From the NCBI GenBank assembly GCA_002633005.1, contig NMRA01000075.1, positions 605 through 64,604 of the forward strand: a stretch of 64,000 bases of DNA, read 5' to 3'. Position numbers and translations under genes: made by a program. A model generated the notes under the pieces. It worked only from the letters and a program-made list of their open reading frames with translations, searched no databases and had not been told where the DNA came from. Below, one piece after another: positions 24,173-36,900 of this stretch (position 1 is its first letter; each line of letters begins with the position of its first letter). This DNA comes from Phoronis australis (taxonomy: Eukaryota; Animalia; Phoronida).

Positions 24173-25193
24173 ATATCCTTTGTAGTCTGTTGCACTGTTT
24201 GCTTGTGACATGAAATGCAGATTATATTTGTTGTGCATTTGAAGCTAATTAGGGATTTTTGGAAATCAATACCAACTGGAGTTCGTGATTTATAGTTTTT
24301 GACTAATTCCATCCANTCGGGAATGAAAACTTAAGTTTTTCAGACCAAAAACTTAAGTTTTTCGATGAAAACTTAAGTTCATTTTTGTAAGGGTGTGTCT
24401 AAGACACCACACTATGAGCCATGTTTTGATATTCTCCATGTTGTGCGCAACTCTACGCAACACCACATGTGGCTGGTCATTATCGAGAACTGTGGCTCGG
24501 CTGACGTGGCTGCAAGTTTGAACTCTCACTCGACTGTCTCTCAGTATTTCTCCTGTCTCCAAGTAAATCATTCTGCCCGGCATTTATGACCAGAAGCTGT
24601 CAGCATACCGGACCGTTTGAGACTAAAAGAGGGCCAAAATGTTTTGTTAACAACAAACACACATCGTTCCGATTGTCATTTTGCATTCACCCAATACAGG
24701 AGGTAATATTAGCGACATCCTTTGCTGCTCACGCTTTCACGAGTCATCTAAATTTACCGCAAGTGTTAATATGTCGCTATCTATGAAGAAGCAGGGGTTG
24801 CAATCTGCAACTATACTGAACCTGCTGACAATGATGGTAGATCCAGCTACAGTTGCGTTTCGATCGAGCACATCTTCAAGACATTGTTAAAGGGGCAGAT
24901 GATTATTGTGACCCACGTGAAGAAGTTCGAGGTTTTTGCTTGTGCTGAAAATTGACATCTCAATCGTCACATGTCAGCAGTCTTAACAGCATCAAATGCT
25001 CCTCAAGCACTTAATATGGATTCAGTTTTTCTGAGTTTCAAGGTCTCATTGGTCTGACTTGAGTTAACAAAAAGTTGGGAACATCAAGAGTAAGTTTGCT
25101 GAGAGTGCTGAAAGGCGTTTGTGTTGTTTTCGGTACTTTTATATCACGATAATAATGTGTGGGGGGTGATGTTCGTGTGTGTGAAACACTTAC

Positions 25194-25273
25194 CACGGCT
25201 AGGCAAGCTTTACTTTCCCGTACTGCGCCGCAACACCCAATTAGGGAAACAGCAAATATAATAGTTCCGACAC
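25194..25273 (-). CDS. Tetraspanin exon 2 (GVGTIIFAVSLIGCCGAVRESKACLAV)
   Basis: GCCGA..ES..CL tetraspanin signature; AG/GTAAGT boundaries, phase 1-0, in phase with exon 1. Confidence 0.9.
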
Positions 25274-25507
25274 CTTTAAATACGAAGAAATTATCATCAG
25301 CCTAACGAGATTTCCATGCTCATTCGTTCATCTTTGGAGACTCGGTAAATCGACAGAACTAGACGACGGGTATAGATAGCAAATGAATAAAGTTTTGCCC
25401 ACTTTGCCAGAAGATAGGTCAAGAATACTTTCTAAGGACTGTCTGCATGAGACAACTCGTACGCTAACATTTTGCCTTTTGTCGCTGCAACGCTATAAGC
25501 CAAATAG

Positions 25508-28083
25508 TATGATGGGCCGTTGGGGGGAAAGTGTCGCCGGAAAAATACGAGCGTAATTGTGTACATTACGCCGTTATTTACGCCGTTAATTACGCCGTAA
25601 AATTACGAGCGTACATGTAAGTTAATTCTTTACGGCGTAAAATTACGCTAGTAATTTAGTTTAAACTCTTAGCCAATGACGTCGGGTTTTACAATCCACG
25701 ATCGTGCGCGCTCATTGAAATACTTATTTACTGACGGATTTCATGTCTACGATACGAGCGCTGAATCATGGCGGATCAAATTGCTGCTGCTATGTCAGCG
25801 ATTGACCTATCGCCAAGATTATGACGGACGGCTTAATTGACTAATCAGAACGCAGCATTCTTGGCACACCTTCGTCTGCGTTTCCAAGCCGCCATTTTAC
25901 CCGACAAACCACACGTACATGTAGTCGAGTAAAACTTACTTTAGTTTATAGCTCAAGAAATTGTCCGCTAAGAATGAGGAAACGGTGCTGATATGGCGTG
26001 TGTAGCACCGACAGCCGTTATGCTGCTCCAGAATAATATCCCGTCATTTTTGGCATGTCCAAAGCCGAAAAAGATGTTGAAAATTAAAGCGTAAACTATG
26101 GATCAAACTGTACGGCCACACGAGCAGCTGAACTTAGCGATGTTGCTTGATAACTCGAAAGCTATAATAAACACAAATATATTAGTTCCAAGATACGTAC
26201 TTTTCGGCTTGGTGGCTATGGTGCAGGGCTATCTCAGATTGTGACTCCCGAGTTTCCTACGTGTTCTGGCCGCCTTTGTCTCGACACCTGCTGGATCTCA
26301 GCACTCTAGCGGTATAGTTCCCGGAAATTGTTGTTTTCGATGACATTTTTATTTTATGTTTTTCTTATTTATTTCAACCTAACAGAGGTTCATTTTTGTT
26401 ATTTGTTAAACCCTTAGGCTGGCGTTCAACTGAACTTCTCTCCCGGTCAAAATTCAGAGATTTGATCATCGGCACAGGGAGGGGCACTGGATTACTGCCG
26501 GTAACTCAAAGCCTTGGTCGAGCTGTTGTCACTAAAAATAAACTGTTGAATTACTTTTTGACGTGTACTTCTAGTATACACTATGTCTGTAGAGTTAGAC
26601 AGAGCTCGTTTTGAAGTTGTTCAAACATGATATTTAGATTTATGAAGCTTTAAAATAGAATTTGAGTTATTTTTGTAAATACCCTATTTTTGCAACTACC
26701 ACACCAGACTTGTAATCTTTTGTAACCATACCACGACTTAGTGATCATGCTACCTTCAAAATTAAATGAAAGTTACCTTTATGGAATGAAACTACAAAAA
26801 ATGCCAAGTTCGTAAGAAGGTAGGCCTAATTTAAATGTCTTAATGGTGCAAACGGACAATTCCATAGGCGGATTTAGGGGGGAGGGGGCAGGGGCTCCAG
26901 TCCCCCCCTCCTCCCGCAAGCAAAATGAAACAGCAAGAGCGTGAAGCATGAGGAAATATTGAGTTCAGTAACTAGGACCGATAGCGGTAGAGGGGGGCTC
27001 AGACCCCAGATCGCGGCGGAATCGTGTTCCTGTTTTTTTTTAGTCCACCGATAGATTTTCTGAACAGAAGGTCCAAACGTCTACATCCCCGGCCCTTGCA
27101 AATTTCGGGCCGCCTGTGCACATACAATTGCACTTTGCCCAATTCCTCGAGGCAACATGTTGGACCCCTTGTGGTATCCTAGATCCGCCACTGAGTTCCA
27201 GACATTAACTTGACTTAGACACAGCCCTAGACCTTCCGGAGTTAACTGTTTGCCTAGGACGAAATGAATGTGTACTTGAGCTATGAAGCTGAATTTTTTT
27301 ATCAAAATATTCCGTTACAAGATTAGAAAAGCGTAAACAGTGCTATCGAGTCGACTGCTCGAAGAAAAAGTTTGATAACGGGAGTATTTGCTCAAATTGG
27401 AAGGAAATAAACACATCGACAACCTCCTAAGGTGTTTCTCTATGCGCAAAAGGTATTTATAACATCGTGACTTTGATGGTTTAGTCGGTGCGAGGCATAA
27501 TTCGCCGAAAAGCTTCCGGCCTACAGAGCGCCTATAGGAGCTGCATCGCCTCTGGTTCGGGCCAACAGAGGCGATGGTCATTGCCTAGCCCCGAGGCAGA
27601 GGGGTTCTTCGGATTTTCGCTGGCTCCTCGAGCCATTTTTTCATCGTCACCTTTACAAATTCCCATATCATCAACGTACGATTCTCTGTTGAAAAGCATC
27701 GCCTCTTGTCTCTGTCGACGCGTTTTCAAATAGTACAAAAACACTCATCGATTCCACCAGCAACGTCGTTTAGCGACAGTGTATTTGCCTCTGACATCTC
27801 GTTCGAATGTCGGGTATCACGTGACTTTTCGCATAGGGGCGGAGCTTGCGATAGGTCAATTGTGCAAGAACGAGCTGCCCAGCAACAGTCGTGTATGTTA
27901 GGTCATCACTGATTGGTATAAGTTTGGATCGTTTTTAAGGTATTTTACGAGCGTAATTTTCGGCGACATTTCCCCTTTTAATTTACGGGCGTAATTTTAA
28001 TTCCACACTCATGCAATTTAATTTACGCTCGTAATTACGAGCGTAATTTTACGGCGACACCTTCCCCTCAACGGCCAACCATA
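25508..28083. mobile_element. Non-autonomous DNA transposon, IS3EU-like, in tetraspanin intron 1
   Basis: About 50-bp imperfect TIRs with TAT...ATA termini; 6-bp TSD AAATAG (25502-25507, 28084-28089); subterminal TTACG(A/C)GCGTAA-type repeats. Confidence 0.8.
26863..27193. mobile_element. GGCGGAT-type MITE nested in the IS3EU-like element
   Basis: Termini CATAGGCGGATTTAGG / CCTAGATCCGCCACTG; related element at 55912-56069. Confidence 0.65.
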
Positions 28084-28909
28084 AAATAGTGATTAACTCG
28101 TCTTTCACAAAAGTTAATGAATATACGTGGCTTGGCCGCTCTGAAGAAGAAAACGTATTCGCTAATTTTTCTTAAAGTGTACTGGTTATAAAAATTCAAA
28201 GACAGCTAATGCTTACTTTTCAATTTTAAAAACAGTTCAAGTTAATCGTTTGCTTTACTTATTAATTTTCATTTTCGCACTTTGAAACTGTACATTTAGC
28301 GGGCACGTTTTACGACTGTAATTATCCCATACAATACAAGCCCATGAATACCAACTAGCTCACTTAAATCTTCAGCGGCGCCATCAAACCTTTGATGTAC
28401 CCAGAACTTCGCTGGAGATTGTAGGGTGAAAGATGTACGCATTCTCGCCGATTTACGTGCAAATAGTGTTAGAGTACGACTTAGAGTTTAACAACCACAC
28501 AGGGATATTCCGTGACCGCGCCTTTGCGCCATTAGCGCATAAAAATTAAAAGGGACAATTTTTTTCACCAGGTCTGCCTAAAGGGTACAGGTTCAAACCT
28601 GGTCAGGGTATCACTGTTAGACGTGAACATGACTGTTCTTATTTGGATAATCCGGTCTTGGGGTTTCTGTTTCCTATGTCACATCTTAAATTGCACTAAG
28701 TCTGCAGGGCACAATTTTTTAAGAGACACACAAAGTGCGCAAAGGGCACAAGTTCAAACCTGGTCAGGAATATTCCTGCACAAAAAGGTTCTTTGTAGTA
28801 TTTCGACGATAGCATTCATACAGCAAGCTGGCTAGCTAATGGCATCGCTAGTTAACATTATCTGTATTGCAACATACTGTGACCTTAGAACGACTCGTCA
28901 TAAACGTAC

Positions 28910-29105
28910 CTTGTAGCGCAAAGGCGAGCTGCAGAAACAGATAAACATTTTGGGATTCCGTCACGAGAATAGTCAAGTTCAGCAGCGAAGGGTTGGTTCT
29001 AAACAATACTCCAAATCCCAGCAGCACGGCGCCCATCAGCCAGTAGAAACCGTTGAAATAGATCATGAAGCATCTGGCAACATTTGCTCCGCAGTTTATT
29101 GGCAT
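28910..29105 (-). CDS. Tetraspanin exon 1 (MPINCGANVARCFMIYFNGFYWLMGAVLLGFGVLF...)
   Basis: TM1 pattern FN..YWL.G..LLG.G; ATG start; AG/GTACG donor, phase 1. Confidence 0.88.
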
Positions 29106-32100
29106 AATGTAATCATTTTATATCCAAATTCGATCACATAGCCACGATATCTAGGACCAAGAATTCACGAATGTTTTCACGGAGCAGCGTTTTGCATAGA
29201 TTTGCTACGTTGTTTCACGTAACTTAACTTGTTTCGTAATAATGACACGAAACTAACTGATTGATTATAGTTTACGTCTTCAAACTGCACAGTAACTTGT
29301 AAAATCCTGACGCCACGCTAGATCGAGTGACTTCACTTATCGCATGCACGAAAAAAATATCACGAGCGATTTTCATAGAAATTAGCAATCTCTTTTACAG
29401 TTTTTATGTTAACTTTGAAAGATACTCCTTCCATTTCATTTTAGTACAGAAACTCATAAAATAGATTTAGTTGAATATTAAGTCCAAATATCGTTCAATC
29501 AACACAAGCCAAGTATTTTCAAACTTAACTGAGTTTAATACGAATTTTTAACTTCAATGTTGTTTTTGGTGATACACAACCACCGAAAATAGTGAGTGAA
29601 AGCTGGCTCATGCATTATGGATACTAACTCAACTGCCGCCGTATGTGAAAAGATTTTCGTGGAAATCCAGACCGTTTTCTAAAAAAAATATTAATAACGT
29701 TTAGTACAACAAGGCAAACTCAAACAAGGCTGAAATTTACCAAATTTTTAAGTATTAGTGATATCTTTCAACCGGCGACACTCACCCCGTGTTCTAAACT
29801 GGTGAATGTAAAGAAACAAAACTATTACCGTAAGCTCATGAAAATTCAGTACATACAACTGTATAACGCGTTTAGAATATCACTGTGACCACAGTGCAAC
29901 CTTCAATTGTCAATGCAAGGCCGTATGAAGTATGAAGCGCCACCCGCACACCCAACCCCTTCCCCAATAATTTTCGGGCGTCAGGCTTAAGCCTTCGCAT
30001 GGAACCGGGGGCAGTTGGGAAAGAGATGTTGCGAAACACATGGTAGACTTAAAATACAAGAGAACATTACCCCAGTCATTGATGTACCATTTGAGGAGCC
30101 TGGCTTACACCTTGTTGTCAGGTGGCCGATTTTTGCAGCAAAGATCGTCTAACTCCAATTGAAAACATGCGCTTCTACATTCCTGTATTTCCAAAAGTCC
30201 AGTGTATTTGTAAAGGTTAACTTTTGCAGAGCATACTAAATCACTTGATTTTTAGGGACTGTAAAACTATATTTCTGGAGGGGCACCTCTTTGACTAGAG
30301 ATAATGCAGTCATTTGTCACTCTCTTCTTTCTTTTTTTCTCGAAATTATGTAACTTGAGTCCTGTTGCTCATTTCCTGGTTTTTAAATTATGTTTGCAGT
30401 GTGAAGTTGGGAGGATCGGTGTCATCCGATCGCTAAATAGCAAAGTACACTAAACGATTTTTAAAATAATCACAAAGATATTTATGAATTCGTAAAATTC
30501 TGGTGTGTCCCAAAAACGGCGTACACAGACTGCACTGGCAGTTCAAATGGCAACAAATGCATTCTTGACTTATGAACACGACCAATGATTTGAAATATAA
30601 AAAAGAGGTCAAAAGAGAATTAAATCCTCAAAAATTTAATGCGCTGCTCATTAACTTCGGAAGATTAATTGTCTTTGTAATTCCTTGATGTCTTTTAGTT
30701 TCCAGTAGTATTGCTCAATAGGATTTTATTTTCCAAAACTGAGTCGTTTGTTTACCAATCCCGTGCGTACAGAGCATGTGATGGCCCATGCATGCGCACA
30801 GACACGTGATGGCCCACGCATTGTGTTTCACAACAAGACGTAACTTTACAGCAGGCCCGGGCGCAGAATCTGATCTGTGGGAACTGAATTTGAACTCCCG
30901 GTAACATAGTTGTACTGAGGTGTGAGTACATTTTGCTACACCTTGTGTATCATTTGTTTCTTGCCACCACTGCGTGTTTTATCAAAGAATTTTTAATTAT
31001 CCCCCCAGGCAGAGTACCAGAGACCCGGAAACCTCGCCCTTTCAAAATATAGCTTCAAAGTATGACCCTGATAAAATGAACTTTCCTCAAACTGATCTAT
31101 GGCGAAATCAAATTGACCTTAGGGCCAGAGCAAACTGATAGATACGAGCTGACCTGCCTATCTAGAGTGAATGAAAATTGAGCTGACCAGCAGCTAGCCT
31201 AATTCATCCAATTCCTATATAGAAACCTTGAGTTGGCATGAGGTGTTATCTCACAGCTATATTCATTGAGGCAGGCAGCGTAGTTCTCAGTTATCCCTCT
31301 GCGTTTGCCGTTAGGCCTCATTCTCCTATCCATGAAAATTTGTTGGAACACCATTACCCAAGTACTGATGGCTGCTTCCCAACCCCATTATGGCGTGGGG
31401 GTCGAGTATAAAATTGGTGACGTCCGGCAAATGGAGAGAAGGGACGGAGGTGGTAGCTGCGATAAAAAGGGGGGGAGCCAAGTGTGACGAAGTTGGGTCG
31501 GTTTGTGCTCCCCCCCTCCCCTTCCCCCCTCAGTTCTTTGCACACCTCCTTCCCATCTGAGTAAGGAACAAGTTGAAACCAACTTTGCGGCAGTATGTGG
31601 CCTAAATCAAAGGTTCTCTTTTTGAACGGTTTACAACCATTCTTACTTTTGAAACTTTCTGACGTAGTAGATCACGTGGCGATTCTCCGGGGCATTTTAG
31701 AATTCGGTGATACCCCATAAGATTTAATTAATAATTGTCTTGAGTGAGAAATTTATTAATTAATAAAGTTTAACATTTGTGACAATACTAACATGAAACA
31801 AACCAGCGTGCATGTATACAGGGTGAGAAAGAAATATGTTAAAAACTTTAAATAGCCAAAACTTCGTAAAAGTTATAAAACCAAGATGTTACACATTATT
31901 TATGGTGTCCTCCTTGCCTAAGCGACTGTTGTTAACGCATTGTTCAACGGAGATTCCTCAGCGTTACTGCCCCTGCTCAAAATGAATGACTGTGTTTTTA
32001 TGGTCTCTAGTGCAATTTGCTGCTGTAAAGTGTGTGAACTGTATCTAGTTGGATTCCGCTTTGATAACTGACTCAATTATATATGGTTTCATTCAAAATT

Positions 32101-32204
32101 TAATGTGCCTACTGACTGAACAATATACATACAACGTAGATGTACAATGGCACTGTTGGTCACCACATGTCGGGAGCGACTCGTGTACGAGTCAGCTCCG
32201 CACC

Positions 32205-32651
32205 TATCGGAGTTTTCCGTGGATAAGCCCATGGGCGTGTATTCGGAAAATGAAAAATTTCAGGCATTTCAGTAACACCAAATAAACGACCGGGCGTTTT
32301 TTTCGGAAAGAGGCATGTAAACGTAAAGTGATATCCTCACCTGATATGAAAATATCCGATTTTTTCATAAAACTGTATTTTTTATTTTAGTTGATAAATA
32401 CATAGTTCGCTAAAACTTTTTTCAATTTTATAAATGATAAATGCTCCACAAAAATGAAGTTGTGGCTAAAAGCTGACGCTAAGTGGGCTTTTAAGGGGAC
32501 ATTTTCCGAATGAATGCCCCGCTGTCTGGACACTTGACACCAGAAGTTTCAACACCAAATAAACGCCCACGGGCGTTTATTCGGCATAACTTTCCGAATA
32601 AAAGCCCATGGGCGTTTCATCGAATGGGCTTATCTACGGAAAACCCCAATA
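32205..32651. mobile_element. MITE with TIRs GTTTTCCGTGGATAAGCCCAT / ATGGGCTTATCTACGGAAAAC
   Basis: Inverted termini, TA flanks, internal palindromic GCCCATGGGC repeats. Confidence 0.7.
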
Positions 32652-33467
32652 GAACTGACACACAATGTTGCATGGGCTTAAAAACAGTTAAACAATATGA
32701 CTTGTCGAAAATTTACATGAAATGTAAGTGGAAGAAATTATCGAAAACAAAGATGGTGGTTTGGCGTTGATTTTACTGCTTGTATTTAAAAGATAATGGC
32801 GCGTGTTTTTCTGCTGAAAATACCTCGCTACACGTGCCGATAATCTGACCGGGTCTAAATGACACATTCTAGTGTTGGCTTGCGAAATAGTTCATGCCCG
32901 TGTAGCTATAGCTTTTTCGTATTGTTTATATGGAAATAGCGTGGACACTACCCACATGAATAAATCAACAAGCCCATGAATTAAAAATGGCGCTTGCCGA
33001 AAGTACAGAATTATCGGTGAGTACAGACTGCGAACAAACTGCGCGAATCGATTCACTCCATGGTGATCAAAACATCCGTACACGACTATGTTTTCCTTGA
33101 TGCATAATTTGAAGTTTTGATTTAAAATATTAAGGCCAAATAGTGTTCCACGAGGGTTTTTTCTGCAGCGTAACGTCTGCAAAACGTTATCATACAAACA
33201 AATTACATTCTTATATATAACCTCCGGTCATTTCAACTTTCTGTTTCTTCATGATCTCTTTTCTCTGTTGAACTTTCAACATTTGTCGTCGGCGTTCCTC
33301 TGTTTTGAGATGATCTACCATAACCAGTCCTTTCATCAAAATTTCGGTTTGCTCTTGATAGTTTCCAGCTAAATTTTCCTGCAAATGAGGAAACAATGTG
33401 AGAGGCATTATTTGTAATAGAATACCAAACTCGGATTTCTGGCCTACAAACAGATACTAAAATGACT

Positions 33468-33632
33468 TTACCATCCAGTTTTTTGAAACAAAATATTCCT
33501 CTGTAACCCTCACCGAACCTCAAAGGCCGGGTATGGAGCAAAATTTGAAAACTCCTTTCAAAGTCTCCTAAACGAGCAAACGTGACCAAAGCTTTTAGCA
33601 AACTACACGGCAACTTTGGGAAAAGACCACCC
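33468..33632 (+). repeat. Dispersed about 160-bp repeat family (CCATCCAGTT.TCTGAAACAAAAT...GGGAAAAGACCACC); copies near 52204-52350, 55735-55893 and 60955-61102 (minus)
   Basis: Shared termini and core in four places. Confidence 0.7.
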
Positions 33633-33831
33633 TCTAACTACCATAATGTCCAACCTGTGACATGGGGAGTATGAGTTTTTAATTGATTCCTGCGTTTAAC
33701 TTGAAAGATCGGCGTCAACGATGCATTCAGGAGAGAGGACGAGGATTCGTGGAAATCACCAAAACAAGGTTTAGTATCCTTTTAATAGTACTGAATCCAA
33801 ATGTCACGTCAAGTACGTATCAGAGTCATCA

Positions 33832-34267
33832 GGGCCTTTCATACTATCGTCGACGCGTCGATGGTTTGGGGAGTTGCGGTCAGTATGAACGCTTAACTCC
33901 GGTCCTGGATCGCAGTTAATAGCTCCAATTAACATCGCAGTTAACAGGTGGATTTAAGACCTCAGCATCGACGCTGCGGTGCAGTATGAACGCTTAGTCC
34001 GGTTCAATCGAAAATATCACCAGGTGCCACTGTTATCGTCAACAGTTACAAGGTAGTGCCGTCACTAATAGCTGCTTATATTTTGCTCTAATAACCAATC
34101 GATTTAAAATAAGTTTAATGTCACTTAGCACATGTAAATATTTCCAAATTGAAACATTGAAAAAAATCGTAGCGTGCAACGCTACCTTGCTATAACTTCG
34201 ATGACGACAGCGGCACCAACCGCTTACTTCGATGTTCATTAACTACCGAAGCCAGTATGAACGGTCC
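33832..34267. mobile_element. Probable Harbinger-type MITE just downstream of the Kv stop codon
   Basis: Termini GGCCTTTCATACT / AGTATGAACGGTCC with CAG/CTG flanks; internal CAGTATGAACG repeats. Confidence 0.5.
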
Positions 34268-34299
34268 TGTTAACTACGCTGTTTACGTCGACGCTACCC

Positions 34300-34674
34300 T
34301 CAGACCGGAGTGAAGTCAATATGAAAGGGCCTGTCATCGTTCCGGGCATCGCTGCCAAAACATCTCACCTTGTTTACGGCACCGAGTTGTTTCGCTGGCG
34401 TCTCAGGCCGGGGCTCACTGCGGCTTCTCCTGTGAGAGGATCTCTGCTGTCTTCTCCTCACTTCAAAATTGTTGTCATCCGGACTGCAAGGTTTCGCTTT
34501 GTTCATGTCGTTTTCTTTCACGAGGGGTCGACTGTGTGAGATATTCAAATTTCGCTTGATGACTTCATCGTCCGTCTTGCTACAAAGCGTATCGATTGGC
34601 AGATGAACCGAGGCCGGTGCTACGTCAATCAGCTTTGTTCTTTGAACAGACTTCTTTTTAAACCGCGATGGTGC
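34300..34674 (-). CDS. KCNC: Shaw/Kv3-type potassium channel, last coding exon (cytoplasmic C-terminus to TGA)
   Basis: tttcAG acceptor, phase 0, 125 open codons including ORF 34300-34548. Confidence 0.7.
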   Translation of the reverse strand, partial: APSRFKKKSVQRTKLIDVAPASVHLPIDTLCSKTDDEVIKRNLNISHSRPLVKENDMNKAKPCSPDDNNFEVRRRQQRSSHRRSRSEPRPETPAKQLGAVNKVRCFGSDARNDDRPFHIDFTPV

Positions 34675-34758
34675 CTGAAAAAGACGTGTTTATTGACATT
34701 ACTAACAAAGTGAAAAATATATATAGAATGCATATAGACGTATGCATATATATATATA

Positions 34759-35641
34759 GATAAACATTTTTATACCACAGTATTAGCGTCAAATGGCAGA
34801 TACAACGGTGTAATAACCCATAAAGTTATCTCATTAGTGAGATAACGATTTGGCGGGAAACCGAGGACGGAGTCGAACCCGGGACCCTGGATTTGCTATT
34901 CGCAGACTTTACCACTACACCACGCAGCGACTGACGTCATAAAGAGTGAAAATAAAATACTTAAATGAGCACGCGCAATAATCGCATGTTAAACAAACCG
35001 CATTGTACTGTACTTATGCGCTACGAAAAATAAGACACATAATTTCCATGAAAAATGATATCTTAATTCAGTGAATTTTTTTCTCTCATGTCCTCTTACT
35101 TGTAAATCACCGATCTACAGTTTGAATGCGGGTATCGTGTCGTCAGGATCTTTGACTTGAGAATTATATTCAGTAACCAGTGGTAACCTACTTTAGCAGA
35201 CGATAATTTCCCGGTCGAAGCTTAGCGTGAAAAAAACGTGTTTTAAGCTATAATAGTTGGTAAACCTTAATTCATAAATTCAATTTATTTCTATAATATT
35301 TAAGTTTTCAATTGGTTTTGAGTAAAAGCATTATTTGACAAAAATAGCCCGGCTTTTCTTAAAAGGTCACGACCTCCGACCCTTGGCCTCTGACATAGAA
35401 AGTAGTAACAAAGCCGTGGAGAGTCAGAAAAGGTAAATCGATTCATTGCAATGTTTCTCGTTTAGTATGTGGTATAAATAGATTATTACATGTTCTCAGC
35501 CGTTATACCCCTTATCTAGAGCCCTCGAGGATTTTGGAGAATGATCACCCTCGGGGCTAACGCCCCTCGGGCGATAATTCTCCAAAATCCTCTCGGGCTC
35601 TAGATAACGGGGGATAACGACTTCGTCATGTAATAATCTAT
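34759..35641. mobile_element. Non-autonomous element in a (TA)n site with a tRNA-like segment and a 164-bp terminal palindrome (Crypton-like, tentative)
   Basis: Inverted TTTATACCACA (34769) / TGTGGTATAAA (35468); long hairpin 35478-35641 with a CCCTCGGGGCTAACGCCCCTCGGG apex. Confidence 0.55.
34861..34928 (-). pseudogene. tRNA-like / Pol III A-box and B-box sequence (not a functional tRNA)
   Basis: TGGTGTAGTGG and GGTTCGACTCC at tRNA-like spacing; acceptor and anticodon stems pair poorly. Confidence 0.6.
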
Positions 35642-36900
35642 ACATGCATGCTATACATACATACATACATATATAAACTTCGTTAAAGCCTAACTTCAAC
35701 GGAATTGTGTTACTTCTGATGTATTAAGCTAACCAAATAGTCTTATCAAAGCAGTTTGTAAAAAAAGAAAATGCGAGTTCAATCGCGCAAGTGTAAGCCC
35801 GTCGAATGATAAGTGAAGCTGCCTTTTCGTGTGGCGACACCGCGAGATCCTAGCACAAACAACAAAAGGTTGTATTGAATAGGGGCCTGAATAGTGCGGG
35901 TGTTATTTGCAGCTGTTTGAATTTAAAGATGATTCTCGCGGTGACGTAGACAAAAGCAGGCTAATATGCCTAACAGTTCGTTACGTTTGGCAATTTATGG
36001 CACTAATAGGCTCAGAGGGATGTTCTTAACATACTGTAGGAACCAAATTTACAGGTGTTACCGTTGAAGATAGGCTTTAAAGACACGACTAGACTTTTTG
36101 TTAGCGAGCTTCATACTGGTACGTTCGTAATTTCAGAACAGTCTCCTTTCTTCTGGTGTGCAGGTATGAAGTAAAAGACCGAGAGACATAACAAACAAGC
36201 AAATAAAACCAGTAGCTATATTTCGTGACTTCATGTCACATCATCAGGCAATGACTGGAATGAACAAAACCAGAGCAAAATAAACAGTGAAATACACGTT
36301 ACAGCGGGAAGAGGCGCATACAAGCAGAGAGTGTGAATGCAACACACGGTAGAAAGCCCGCAACCCTATCGAAACAGAGCCAGCGTGCGGTAGACACGTG
36401 TGAGCTGTTCATTCAACGCAGGTTTTTCGTGACTGATCAATAGCCATTCCAATATCTTTAGCCGAAATATGTCATTTTCAACATAGCAAATTATGATATT
36501 CTCTACTATTTCTTGCCTAGTTATTTTTCGGCCATGTTAGTGTACAAAGTGATCTTGGATGGACCCCCCGCTCGGCAAATGCATGGCCAGCCGTCGCGAT
36601 AGATGAATCAGAGCTAAGTTCCGAAGATGTAAGAATCTTGCGAGTTAAGATTGTGTGACCCTATGGTGTTTGCTTGTAATCGAAGAATCACGTGGCACGC
36701 TGTGAATAATTAGCGGTGATATTATTCGTCCTATTTTCTAATCGAGTCTCGAGTAGGGCCTACAGTTTGGTGGTTACGGCCATGCTGACTATTTTTAAAG
36801 CTGTAAAACTTTACACGGGAAACGCAAAATTCAGCTTTCGTTGAATGGGAAATACTTGGTATATAGAAGCCACAAATTATATTCAAAAGTAAAAAATTAC

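Noticed and set aside
24350-25050. Possible hAT transposase remnant (CIHPIQEV; FAAH..HLNL)
   Set aside because: Motif resemblance is too weak and fragmented.
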